Assembly (NCBI GenBank): GCA_039194425.1
Contig: JBCCVZ010000018.1
Span: 68,164-132,163, forward strand
DNA from: Acidobacteriota bacterium
GTDB taxonomy: Bacteria; Acidobacteriota; Thermoanaerobaculia; Multivoradales; J023
Direction: 5' to 3'
DNA length: 64,000 bases
How positions within the stretch are numbered: the first letter of the stretch is position 1; the number at the start of each line of letters is the position of its first letter. Of this stretch, positions 21,007 to 30,238 are shown one piece after another. A model generated the notes under the pieces. The model did no database searches. It was not told the DNA's origin and saw nothing but the letters and a program-made list of their open reading frames with translations. The position numbers and the translations under genes are program-made.

Positions 21007-21993
21007 TCAGCGCTGCTCGCGCGCGCGCTCGAGCACCGCGGCGGCGGCGCGCCACTGGCGATCGCCGAGCTCAGGCTCGACGGCCCGCAGGTCGGGGTCT
21101 TTGCGCACCCATTGGTGCAGGTAGATGCCGGTCTCGCCCTCGAGCTCCGGTGCCAGGGCGAGGTAGACCAGCGGGCCGACCGCCTTCGCCGGCGACTGAA
21201 AGATGAGCCGGAAGACGATCTTGAGCAGCGGGCGCATCCAGCGCGGGGCGTCGCGGGCAATGCGGGTGTTGACCGCGCCCGGGCACAGCACGTGGACCGC
21301 GATGCCCTCGGGTTCGAGCCGTCGCGACAGCTCGTAAGCCAGGGTGGTGAGGGCGAGCTTGTACATGCCGTAGCGCGCCAAGACTTCGCGCCGCCCGAAG
21401 CCCTGGTATTCGTCGAACGACTCGAACGGACGCTGCTGGGCGTTGCGGTGCGTCTCGCTCGACACGACGACGAGGCGCGGACCTCGGCCGGCGGATTCGG
21501 CCGATGGGCTCGGCGCGATCAAGCCGCGTCGGTGCAGTCCGTCGGCTAGCGCCTGCTGGGCGAGGAAGTTGACGACGAACATCTGCTCGAGGCCTTGCGG
21601 AGTGCGGCGGTCGCCCACCGGTACGATCGCGGCGTTGAACACGACGAGGTCGAAGCGCAGGCCACGGGCCTCGAGCGTGTCGAGCAGGGCGTCGACGAGA
21701 TCGAGATCGGCGAAGTCGACGGGCAGCATCTCGATCGAGTCGACGCCAGCCGCGGCGCGCAAGGCAGAGGTCACGTCCGGCGTCGCGGTGCGCGCAACGC
21801 CGACCACGTGCAGGCCACGGCGCGCGAGCTCGACGGCCGCCGCGAAGCCGACGCCCGAGCTGGCGCCAGTGACCAACGCGGTACCACCGTCGAGGCGCAT
21901 GGTGTCGCGCAGGTCGCCGATCGGCTCGGCGCGTCCGAAGAGGTTGCGAATGCCGCTGAGCATCGCCAGCGCCGAGTGTTCGTAGCGACTCAT
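21007..21993 (-). CDS. SDR-family oxidoreductase
   Basis: Start at the internal Met MSRYEHS (21993), which overlaps the upstream stop in an ATGA. Motifs are TGASSGVGFAAA and NAA. The track's 597-aa version is an artefactual N-terminal extension. Confidence 0.8.
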   Translation of the reverse strand: MSRYEHSALAMLSGIRNLFGRAEPIGDLRDTMRLDGGTALVTGASSGVGFAAAVELARRGLHVVGVARTATPDVTSALRAAAGVDSIEMLPVDFADLDLVDALLDTLEARGLRFDLVVFNAAIVPVGDRRTPQGLEQMFVVNFLAQQALADGLHRRGLIAPSPSAESAGRGPRLVVVSSETHRNAQQRPFESFDEYQGFGRREVLARYGMYKLALTTLAYELSRRLEPEGIAVHVLCPGAVNTRIARDAPRWMRPLLKIVFRLIFQSPAKAVGPLVYLALAPELEGETGIYLHQWVRKDPDLRAVEPELGDRQWRAAAAVLERAREQR

Positions 21994-23225
21994 CGTGTGG
22001 GGGCGAAGCCGAATCGTTCGCGGTATGCGCCGAAGCCCTGGGCCAGCGACGCGGCGTCGAGTCCGAAGTCGTCGAGGTGGTAGCGATGAATGCCGTAGCG
22101 ATGCTGCACCTGCACGCGGAGGGCCTGCTCCATCGCAGATCGCGCCGGTGTTTCGAGCGACAGACCTGCGAAGGCGTAGATCCGCTCGATCGTGGCCAGG
22201 GGATCGTCCAGGAGGTCGTCGTACGAGATGTCGAGCACCGGGGTCTCGTGGGCGGCGCGGAAGGCCAGGCCGCGCTCGACCATTCGGGCGACCTTGGCGC
22301 TCCACTGCGCGCCGACGCTGTGCGGATCGACCGCATCGCTGAAGATTCGGCGACCGTGCGTCACCATCGAGCAGAAGCTCGGCACCGTGGTCAACGGATC
22401 GCGGTGAGTCCAGACCACGCGCGCCTCGGGAATCACCGCATGCAGCGCCTCGAGAAACTCGAGGTGATGCGGCGTCTTGAGCACCCACCAGCGCCGCGGC
22501 TGCTGCTCCTGCAAGATCACCAGGAGCAGGCGCAGCGTCTCGTACGCCTCGCGGTGGTCTTGCGCTTCGAGCCAGCGCGAAAAGCTCGGCACATGCCACA
22601 TCGCTTCGGCGGTCGTGGAATGGAAGGTCGGATCGAGCAGCAAGACATCCTCTTCCGGCGCGCGATGCTCCACCGGGTGGATGGCGAAGAACTCGGGTGC
22701 CATCCAGCGCAGCGCGCGCTCGGCGCGACGGGCGCGCGCGATGCGGCCGGCGTCGTCGCGCGACCGGCGCGGATCCGGCACCGGCTCGACGGCCTGCCAC
22801 GAAAGCAGCGCTCCGGCGTCCGGGTCGGCGGCGAGCAGGCGCTGCAGCTTGGTGGTGCCGGTGCGCTGCATGCCCGTGATCACCACCACCGGCGCTGCCA
22901 GCGTGGCGGTGCGCAGCCGCGGATGGGCCTCTAGCGTCGCCTGGAGACGCAGCCGGGTGACCAGATGGCCGATCAACTGCTCGCGGACGATCCAGCGACC
23001 GAGCGGATGGAGCCGCGCCTCGGTTTCGAGCGCGTGACAGAGACGCTCGAGACCGTCGCGCCAGGCGCCGGCGCCGAAGTCGTCGAGGCGCGCGCGGCGA
23101 CGGGCGGCGCGCAACAACGCCGCGGGCTCCAGGCGTGGCCGGCCCCCGATCGCCGCGGCGGCGCGGGCCGCGGCACGCACCGCACGCAGGCTCATCGAGG
23201 GCGACATCGACGCGAGACCCGTCAT
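21990..23225 (-). CDS. sulfotransferase-family protein
   Basis: The PAPS 5'-phosphosulfate-binding loop is VVITGMQRTGTTKLQRLL, with a 3'-PB-like region WVLKTPHHLEF. The start MTGLAS (23225) overlaps the upstream stop in an ATGA. Confidence 0.7.
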   Translation of the reverse strand: MTGLASMSPSMSLRAVRAAARAAAAIGGRPRLEPAALLRAARRRARLDDFGAGAWRDGLERLCHALETEARLHPLGRWIVREQLIGHLVTRLRLQATLEAHPRLRTATLAAPVVVITGMQRTGTTKLQRLLAADPDAGALLSWQAVEPVPDPRRSRDDAGRIARARRAERALRWMAPEFFAIHPVEHRAPEEDVLLLDPTFHSTTAEAMWHVPSFSRWLEAQDHREAYETLRLLLVILQEQQPRRWWVLKTPHHLEFLEALHAVIPEARVVWTHRDPLTTVPSFCSMVTHGRRIFSDAVDPHSVGAQWSAKVARMVERGLAFRAAHETPVLDISYDDLLDDPLATIERIYAFAGLSLETPARSAMEQALRVQVQHRYGIHRYHLDDFGLDAASLAQGFGAYRERFGFAPTR

Positions 23226-24535
23226 GTTGGCAACTCCGCCAGCTCCGCGAACGGCAGCACGCGACAGCGCGGCGTCGGCGGGTCGTCGACGCGCGGGCGC
23301 TGCCAGCGCCAGCACATCGTGCCGCGGTCGTGGCCGGCGGTGTCGATCCAGTGGTCGCGCCCCGGATCGCGGTGGGCGACGATCACGCGCACCCCACCGC
23401 CGGGGCGATAGACCGCCGTGTGGCGGTTCACATGGATCTGGAAGTAGCGATAGTCGAGCGACTCCATCCACCAGTTGTTGAGCTGGAAGTTCCAGCTCTC
23501 GCACGGCGGCGGTTCGGCTTCGATCACCAGCGCCTCGTCGGGGCCGAGCTGCCAGTACGAGTGGTAATAGGCGATGTCGGGCACACCGCCGGCGGCGTCG
23601 CTACGTTCCTGGTCGAAGCGCGGTAGCCGGTTCGGATGCTCCGACTTGAATTCGTTCGCCCAGCGCGCGAAGAGCATCGACGTCGCGGCGACCAGACCCG
23701 CCGCCTTGCCGAGGCCGACGTCCAGAGCACGGGCGCTGAGGGGGGTCGGCGTCGCCGGACCGTCGAGCGCTTCGATCGTGAGGTCGGCCTCGGTCTCGGA
23801 GTCACGGTCGAGGAAGGTCTGGCGGACGATCAACAGGCTCGTGTCGGCGTGCATCTGCAGCCAGTTGCGCGCCTCCGCGGGACGCTCCGGAGCGAGGATG
23901 ATCTCGAACCGGCCGCCCGAGTCGAGCACCAGGTCGGCGACATCGAGGTAGCCGCTGGTCGCCAGGCCGCCTTCGTCGAAGTAGCCGCCGCGCTGCAGGC
24001 CAAAGCCGAGCGAGTGGACGCTGCCGCGGTGACCGTGGACCCGGTAGCGATAGCGGCCGTCGAGCTGCGCGTTGAGATAGGCGTTGTCCGGGTTGTCGGC
24101 GCCCATCTTCACGGTTTCGTGGACCATCCGACGCAGCGTCGGAAAGGCCGGGTCGTCGTGCTCGAGGAAGGCCTCGAGTCCAGCGCGGGTGAGGCGCGCG
24201 AGGTAGCGGTAGCCCTCCGCTTGGCTCAAGGTGTCGCGCGGCGCGTCGCCGTGCGCCAGCGCGGCGCCCGCGGCTTTCAGCGTGTCGCAGAACTCGTCCC
24301 ACGACTGCCCCGAGACGACGCGCCCGGCGTGGACGTCGTCCTCGCTGCGCCCGCGCAGGCCGAGCATGCGCAGGCGAAACGCCCGGTAGAGACCGAAGGC
24401 ACGAATCAGCAGTCTGCGGAGCATGGCGCCGGATGATACCTCTGCTTCTGCACATTCGGCCTGCGATGAGGCAGATCGGCGACGATCTGCGCGTGTCTGC
24501 TGATCCAGGGCCTCCAGCCTGCGGTCCCGGGTCAT
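23222..24535 (-). CDS. conserved hypothetical protein (DUF1214/DUF1254-like)
   Basis: 437-aa ORF and first gene of a 3-gene translationally coupled operon. Its conserved C-terminal region reads WNFQLNNWWMESLDYRYFQIH. The start may be the internal MLRRLL at about 24424. Confidence 0.45.
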   Translation of the reverse strand: MTRDRRLEALDQQTRADRRRSASSQAECAEAEVSSGAMLRRLLIRAFGLYRAFRLRMLGLRGRSEDDVHAGRVVSGQSWDEFCDTLKAAGAALAHGDAPRDTLSQAEGYRYLARLTRAGLEAFLEHDDPAFPTLRRMVHETVKMGADNPDNAYLNAQLDGRYRYRVHGHRGSVHSLGFGLQRGGYFDEGGLATSGYLDVADLVLDSGGRFEIILAPERPAEARNWLQMHADTSLLIVRQTFLDRDSETEADLTIEALDGPATPTPLSARALDVGLGKAAGLVAATSMLFARWANEFKSEHPNRLPRFDQERSDAAGGVPDIAYYHSYWQLGPDEALVIEAEPPPCESWNFQLNNWWMESLDYRYFQIHVNRHTAVYRPGGGVRVIVAHRDPGRDHWIDTAGHDRGTMCWRWQRPRVDDPPTPRCRVLPFAELAELPT

Positions 24536-24581
24536 GCACGTTCACTGCGCCGGTCTCGGCGCACTCACCAGGAGACACGAC

Positions 24582-25385
24582 ATGCCTTCGACACGTTCTC
24601 GCCTCGTTCCTCGGATTCTCCGGCTCACCGCCTTCTGCCTGCTCGTCGTCGCCGGCACCGGCAGCGCCTCGGCCACCGACTGCTGGCGCGTCACCGGCTG
24701 GACGGGTGCCAGCGGCGGCTTCGAGCGCGCGCTGCTGGCACCGACGAGTTGCACCACCGTGCCCGACGGCACCGGCTGGACACAGCCGATCGACTCGTTC
24801 GACGACTGGCTGCGCATCGACCTCTCGGACCCGCGCGTCACCGGCTGGGACTTCGCTCCGCTGCTGATCCAGCGCGGTACCGACGGCTTCGGAGTCCCGA
24901 TCGTCGAGACGACGCTCATCGTCTGCACCGGCTGTCCCAACATCACCACCCTCCTGCCCTATCCGCCGGAGCAGGGAGTTCCGGCCGCCGGCGCGCGGGT
25001 GAAGCTGCGCCATGCCTGGACCAACAACTGCATCCTGACCAGTAGCACCAACGGCCAGCGGGCGCGCAACTCCTCGTGCCGCTTCGACGACAAGATCTTC
25101 GTGCTCGACGACGCCGGCAGCGGCACCTTCCGGCTGCGCAACGAAGAGGACAACCAGTGCCTCTACACCACCAACACGAACGGCCAGCCGCTCTTCCAAT
25201 GGGGCTGCTGGAACGATCCCAACATGCGCTTCCGGCTGACCGCCGCGAGCGGCGGCTACCGTCTTCGGAATGAGACCTTCGGACAGTGTGCGTACGGCTC
25301 GAGCTCGAACTTCGGCCTGGTGCACACCTGGGGCTGCTGGAATGATCCCAACATGGTCTACCGTGTCGACATCGTGAACTACTGA
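24582..25385 (+). CDS. secreted ricin-B-type (beta-trefoil) lectin domain protein
   Basis: Signal peptide MPSTRSRLVPRILRLTAFCLLVVAGTGSASA. The C-terminus has repeated QxW lectin repeats (QCLYTTNTNGQPLFQWGCWNDPNMRFRL and QCAYGSSSNFGLVHTWGCWNDPNMVYRV). Confidence 0.65.
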   Translation: MPSTRSRLVPRILRLTAFCLLVVAGTGSASATDCWRVTGWTGASGGFERALLAPTSCTTVPDGTGWTQPIDSFDDWLRIDLSDPRVTGWDFAPLLIQRGTDGFGVPIVETTLIVCTGCPNITTLLPYPPEQGVPAAGARVKLRHAWTNNCILTSSTNGQRARNSSCRFDDKIFVLDDAGSGTFRLRNEEDNQCLYTTNTNGQPLFQWGCWNDPNMRFRLTAASGGYRLRNETFGQCAYGSSSNFGLVHTWGCWNDPNMVYRVDIVNY

Positions 25386-25476
25386 TCGACGATTTGACAG
25401 GGCCACCCTCACGGACTGGCCGTGATGGGTGGCCTTCCTTTATGTCGACCGCCACAATCTGCTATGTTGTCCCGCC

Positions 25477-26661
25477 ATGACCCCTGCGCTGGAATCCCGC
25501 GACGCGTCGAGGGCCCTGAAGTGGTTGGGCTGGACGACGTTCACGATCTTGATCTTCCTCCTCGTCTGGATCCTCGACACGCTCGTCCCCATCATGCGCC
25601 GAGGGCTCGGCGACGATCCAGTGCGGCCGAGCGAAAAGCTCTCCGGGATGATCGCCATCAGCGTTCTCGCCCTCATCTTTCTCGTCGCCGTGATCAAGCT
25701 CGCGCCGATGCTGGTACGCCTCCATTCGCTGACGAGACCCGTCGGACGAGGCAAGGGAGATCATTCCTCGCCCCCGGACTCGCCCTGGCGGGAGCTCCGA
25801 CTGCCGCGGCTCACAGCGCCATCGTCTCTCCCTTCGCTGCGCCGGATTCCGGACTCTGCTCTGAGCGCCGGCGAGTACAGCGAATGGCCGACGATCGACG
25901 AAGCCTGGGAGAGAGGTACCCTCGAGTCGTTCTCGGTACCAACGGCATCCGAGATCGCCCTCCTCGTCCTGGCAGAGGCCGAGGTCACCGAGGAAGCGAC
26001 CGACGAGCTCGGCTCGTTTCCCCTGCTGGGCCTCGAGACGCGCGTGTGCGATGCGGACGACCGTTGGTGGTCGACGTGCACTCTCTGGTCGACCGTGGCT
26101 CTCCAGCAGGGCTTCCTGGAGGCATTGGCGGCCTCTTCCGACGCAGCGTCCGAAGCGGCAGCCTCCGAGTCGGGCGTCGTCCTATGGGACGACGCGCCGA
26201 AAACTTGGCGCCGCGCGTTTCTCTCGCATCTGTTTCTCTCGGACCTGGAGCTTACTGTCGATGTCGACCAGAGCCTCGACCTTCAGCTCGACGCAGAGCG
26301 ATGGATTGTCGAACCGGGCCGGCAGCCTCTCGTCTTCGAGATCACCTGGCTCGACGACTCGGGCGACTTCGTGGTGCGAGCGCGAGGGGTGACGCTCGAG
26401 CGTGGAAGCGGTGGCACCGTTCGCAACGTCACACTCTGCTTCAGGATGCCGCGGGAGCAGTTCTCGCCGCTCCATGCGCCTGGCGAGCACGTCTCCCTGA
26501 GACCCACTGACGACCCCGACGACTCGCTCGCCCGAACGCGCTGCGACACCGCACCGCTGCTCTTCCAGCCGGCCCACCCTCCGACGCAGCTGGAAGTCTC
26601 GCTGCGCCCGGATGGGCTCGGATTCTGGTTCGCGCTGGCCACGGCGCCCCGCACCGACTGA
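25477..26661 (+). CDS. hypothetical membrane-anchored protein (2 N-terminal TM helices, acidic soluble domain)
   Basis: The TM segments are WLGWTTFTILIFLLVWILDTLVPI and MIAISVLALIFLVAVIKLAPMLV. The gene starts 44 bp downstream of the lectin gene. I recognise no family. Confidence 0.45.
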   Translation: MTPALESRDASRALKWLGWTTFTILIFLLVWILDTLVPIMRRGLGDDPVRPSEKLSGMIAISVLALIFLVAVIKLAPMLVRLHSLTRPVGRGKGDHSSPPDSPWRELRLPRLTAPSSLPSLRRIPDSALSAGEYSEWPTIDEAWERGTLESFSVPTASEIALLVLAEAEVTEEATDELGSFPLLGLETRVCDADDRWWSTCTLWSTVALQQGFLEALAASSDAASEAAASESGVVLWDDAPKTWRRAFLSHLFLSDLELTVDVDQSLDLQLDAERWIVEPGRQPLVFEITWLDDSGDFVVRARGVTLERGSGGTVRNVTLCFRMPREQFSPLHAPGEHVSLRPTDDPDDSLARTRCDTAPLLFQPAHPPTQLEVSLRPDGLGFWFALATAPRTD

Positions 26662-26744
26662 GCCCGGCGAGGGGTCGTCGGCGCACCAGCCCCGCGAGTC
26701 ACTCGACCCGACGTCGGCGCCGGGCCGAGCATCAGCACTGGGAC

Positions 26745-29700
26745 TCAGGGGTACTGCCCTCCGGGACCGTGCGGGCTGCCGCCGGCGCCGTAGGGATCGT
26801 GCGCTCCCGGCCCGTACGGCTCGCCCCATTCGGCGGCGGCGGCGCCGCCGAGACCGGGCGGCGGCCAGTCGGCTAGGTCCTCACACGTCGGATTGAAGTC
26901 GCTGCACGGGCACGGATCGGACAGGCTGTCGACCCCGTCACCGTCGTGATCGCCCGCCTGGGTCGCCGAGTCCGGAACCAGGTCGCGCAGACAGCCGCAG
27001 ATGGAGGCCCAGTCCTCCTCGCAAGCCTCGCTGAAGTCATCGCCGTCGACGTCACGATCGCAGCCGTCGGGCTCGCCGTCGATGTCGAAATCGTCGCCGT
27101 TGTCGCCGAAGACGCAGATGTCGACTTCGTTGTCGATTCCGTCGCCGTCGATGTCCGGGTCGCACGGATCGAGTGTGCCGTCACTGTCGAAGTCGCCCGA
27201 GGCGTCGAAGGGGCAGTGGCTGGGGTCGTCGCATGCGTCACCGATCATGTCGAGGTCGGCGTCGAGTTGGTCAGGGTTCGGCACGACAGTACAGTTGTCG
27301 AAGGCGTCGAGAATGCCGTCACCATCGCGGTCGCTGCGATTCAGCCTATTGTGCGACTTGATGCAAGAGCCGTTGTCGCGGTGGCCGATGAAGTCGCCGT
27401 GGATCACTTGTCGCGCCGACGGCCAGTTACTCGTCGTCTGTGGGTCGACGGCGGGACGGTGGCGCACGACGAAGTGCAGGTGACTGGTGAAGGAGTTGCC
27501 GCTGTCGTCGATGTGGCCGATGACTCGGCCCTGCTCGACCCAGGTGCCGCGCGACGGACAGCGGCGGTTTTTTCGCAGGTGGAGATAGCGCAGCCAGTAG
27601 TCGGCCTCGGTTTCGGCCAGGAAGGTCCCCTTCGAAGCAGTGCCGGTGGGCGTCGTCTGCGCCAGACGAGCGATCGACAGCGGCTCGGCTGCGTCCCAGA
27701 CGGCCACCTCGACCCGATTGGGATCGTCGCTGTTGCCATCGTCAAACGAGCAGTCGGAATCGATCACCAGACCCTCGCGTGCCGCCAGCACAGGGTCGTC
27801 GAAGGCCGGCGTCCAGACCGGCTGGCCGATCGCCGTGCTGGCGATCGCCTGGATCACTTCCAGGAGCATGCCACCAGGCGGCGTGATGCACACTCCCCAA
27901 ACGCAGAACAGGGTGTAGCCTTGGGTGAAATCGATCGCGAAGTGGTCTTCGTTGGTGTGCGTGCCGAGGCCGTAGAGGTAGCCCGGGACGCTGTTGCCAC
28001 AGCGATCGTTGACCGGCAACACCAGATCCATCAAGAAATCGAGGCCCATCGCACCGTTCTGCACCGCGGTCAAGTCGTCCGAAAGCCCGCCGGCGCGCAT
28101 GTGGGACCCCGCAGCCCAAGGCGCCTCGACATGGAGGCGCGCGGCGGCGCCTCCTGGAGGTGTCGTGGGGTTCGGAGTCGACGGAGGCCCCTCGCAAACC
28201 GGCGCGCCGGTCGTCGGGTCCTCCGAGCAGGGATCCCAGCCACCACCATCGGCGGCATCGTCCTGGAGCATCATCAGCACCCCGCCGACACCTTTCCATT
28301 GCCAGCCGAGCGGAGTTCGTTCGGCGGTGAGCGCCACCGAGCGGGTCGGTCCGGCGCCGGCCTCGGGCGCGATTCCGCTGAGAACGACACTCTGACGCGG
28401 CCCGTAGGCAGCCTTCACTTCGAAGCCGAGGTCGGGCGAGAGCGCAAGGACGTCGGCGAAGAAGGGCCGAAGCGTCGACCAGCGAGTTCGGCTGTGCTCG
28501 CCGCCACTGACGACGAAATCGAGACCGGAGGGCGGTACCAACGCCTCGAGTCGAACCATGTCGCGGCCGACGACGGCCGCCTCGAGCTCGGCCAGCAGCG
28601 CCGCCGCGTCGGGCCGCATCCAGTCGCGTGGCGACGCGAGCAGGTCGAGCCACTCTTGGGCCCGCTCGACCTGCCACAGTGTCGGGCACACCTGCCGCCG
28701 GTCTTTGCATGTCTCTTGCGACTCGACGACTTGCTCGAAAACGGCGGTCGCTTGCACCGTGTCGCCGAGCTCGAGTGCGCTCTCGCCGAGCTGGATCTGA
28801 ACCGTCGGCCGATGGAAGCCGGGAAACTCGGTCGTCAGCTGGCGCAGCGCATCATGCACGGCCGGCCACTTCCCGACCCGACGCTGCAGACCGGCGAGAT
28901 CGTAGAGTCCGCGGGCACGGTAGGCCTCGCCGAAGAAGCTGGTGCGCGGTGACGCCTGGTCCATGAGCTCGCCGAGCAGCTGAACCGCGCCCGCGTGGTC
29001 GCCGGCATAGAGCCGATCGTCGACCGCCCAGTAGCGCAGAATGTGACCGAGCGGACGCAGCGACTCGACGTCTGCGGCGAGAGCCACCTGCTGCTCGGCC
29101 TCATGGAAAAGGCCGCGGTCACGGTAGTGATAGAGCAAGGACGACGTCGCCTTGAAGGCGGTGTCGGCGTTGCCGCTGTGGATCGCGGTCCAGTAGGCGG
29201 CGATCGCGTCGTCGCCGCGGTCGAGAACGCGCAGAGAGTCGTCGGCCGCGCTGAGGAATGCGAGCGCAGGCTCGACGTCGGCCACGATGAGGTCGACAGC
29301 TCCAGCCAGATCGGTCGGTAGCTCACTCGCCGGAGTGGCGACCACGGTGCCGCGCAGCACGTAGGAGCCGACGGGTAGGCCGAGAGCGAGCGCATCGATC
29401 TCGACCGCCGCGGCGACGTCTTGATCACCGGGTGCCAGCGCCGCTGGCGGCGACGCGAGCTCGGCCACCAGCTCGTCATCCGCATCGAAAACGCCGACCA
29501 GCAGACGAGCCTGCCAGGCGAGATGCTCGGGCACTCCGCGCATCTCGCTGGTGACCTCGTAGCGCGTCCGCGCCTCGGTCGCGCCGGCGAAGGTGAGGAC
29601 GACTCGATCCTCGTAGAAGACCCGAGGAGGTCCCACGAACGGTTTGCTGGCTGACGCGACCGGCGTCGCCGAGCAGGTCGCGGGCGATGATTCAGTGCCG

Positions 29701-30074
29701 TCTGCCGCGACCGCGCGCACTCGCCACGAGTTGCGCAGGTCCAGCGGTGCCTGGTCGTCGAAAAAGGTCGCCTCGGTCGTTTCCGAAGTCAAGAGACCGC
29801 CGGCGCCGTCGCCACGCTGAATCGTGTACTTGTCGACCCAGCGTGAGCCGCTCCAGCGCAGCGCCACGCCGCCGACGCTCGAGCGGCACTCGAGGTCGGC
29901 AGGCGCCGACGGCGGCGGAGATCCGGTAGCCGACGAAGCGGCCGCGACGGGGACAGCGAAGCCGAGCGAGACAAGGATCGGAACGAGGCGCGCCGCGAAG
30001 CACCGCGCGATGCGACAGCCGCGGCGCCCGCTCTCGCGGGTCGTCGAGAGGATGAACATGGTGAGCTCCTTCAT
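26745..30074 (-). CDS. giant secreted multidomain protein: FN3-like N-terminus, TPR-like region, M23 (LytM) peptidase, thrombospondin-type-3-like Asp-rich Ca-binding repeats
   Basis: Start MKELTMFIL (30074) or MFIL (30059) with a signal peptide. The M23 motif is GHIDDSGNSFTSHLHFVV (HxH). The C-terminal D-rich repeats read DPDQLDADLDMIGDACDD, DSDGTLDPCDPDIDGDGIDNEVD and DIDGEPDGCDRDVDGDDF. Confidence 0.65.
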   Translation of the reverse strand: MKELTMFILSTTRESGRRGCRIARCFAARLVPILVSLGFAVPVAAASSATGSPPPSAPADLECRSSVGGVALRWSGSRWVDKYTIQRGDGAGGLLTSETTEATFFDDQAPLDLRNSWRVRAVAADGTESSPATCSATPVASASKPFVGPPRVFYEDRVVLTFAGATEARTRYEVTSEMRGVPEHLAWQARLLVGVFDADDELVAELASPPAALAPGDQDVAAAVEIDALALGLPVGSYVLRGTVVATPASELPTDLAGAVDLIVADVEPALAFLSAADDSLRVLDRGDDAIAAYWTAIHSGNADTAFKATSSLLYHYRDRGLFHEAEQQVALAADVESLRPLGHILRYWAVDDRLYAGDHAGAVQLLGELMDQASPRTSFFGEAYRARGLYDLAGLQRRVGKWPAVHDALRQLTTEFPGFHRPTVQIQLGESALELGDTVQATAVFEQVVESQETCKDRRQVCPTLWQVERAQEWLDLLASPRDWMRPDAAALLAELEAAVVGRDMVRLEALVPPSGLDFVVSGGEHSRTRWSTLRPFFADVLALSPDLGFEVKAAYGPRQSVVLSGIAPEAGAGPTRSVALTAERTPLGWQWKGVGGVLMMLQDDAADGGGWDPCSEDPTTGAPVCEGPPSTPNPTTPPGGAAARLHVEAPWAAGSHMRAGGLSDDLTAVQNGAMGLDFLMDLVLPVNDRCGNSVPGYLYGLGTHTNEDHFAIDFTQGYTLFCVWGVCITPPGGMLLEVIQAIASTAIGQPVWTPAFDDPVLAAREGLVIDSDCSFDDGNSDDPNRVEVAVWDAAEPLSIARLAQTTPTGTASKGTFLAETEADYWLRYLHLRKNRRCPSRGTWVEQGRVIGHIDDSGNSFTSHLHFVVRHRPAVDPQTTSNWPSARQVIHGDFIGHRDNGSCIKSHNRLNRSDRDGDGILDAFDNCTVVPNPDQLDADLDMIGDACDDPSHCPFDASGDFDSDGTLDPCDPDIDGDGIDNEVDICVFGDNGDDFDIDGEPDGCDRDVDGDDFSEACEEDWASICGCLRDLVPDSATQAGDHDGDGVDSLSDPCPCSDFNPTCEDLADWPPPGLGGAAAAEWGEPYGPGAHDPYGAGGSPHGPGGQYP

Positions 30075-30238
30075 TGATGAACTGCAGGTTGTGGAGAGCG
30101 ACCGAGCGCACGCCTGCACACCGGCGCTGCCGGTGCACAGGCGTGTGGCCAAGCCTTGCCTGGAGCTACGAAGGAACTCGGTGCGACGCGCCACCGGTTC
30201 CGACCCAGCGCCGCTCTCCACAAAAGCTCACTGTGCGC

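Noticed and set aside
21993-22800. N-terminal 268-aa extension of the second SDR gene in the track
   Set aside because: It overlaps the sulfotransferase gene in another frame. The internal Met at 21993 forms an ATGA junction with the sulfotransferase stop and gives a normal-length SDR beginning just before the TGxxxGxG motif.
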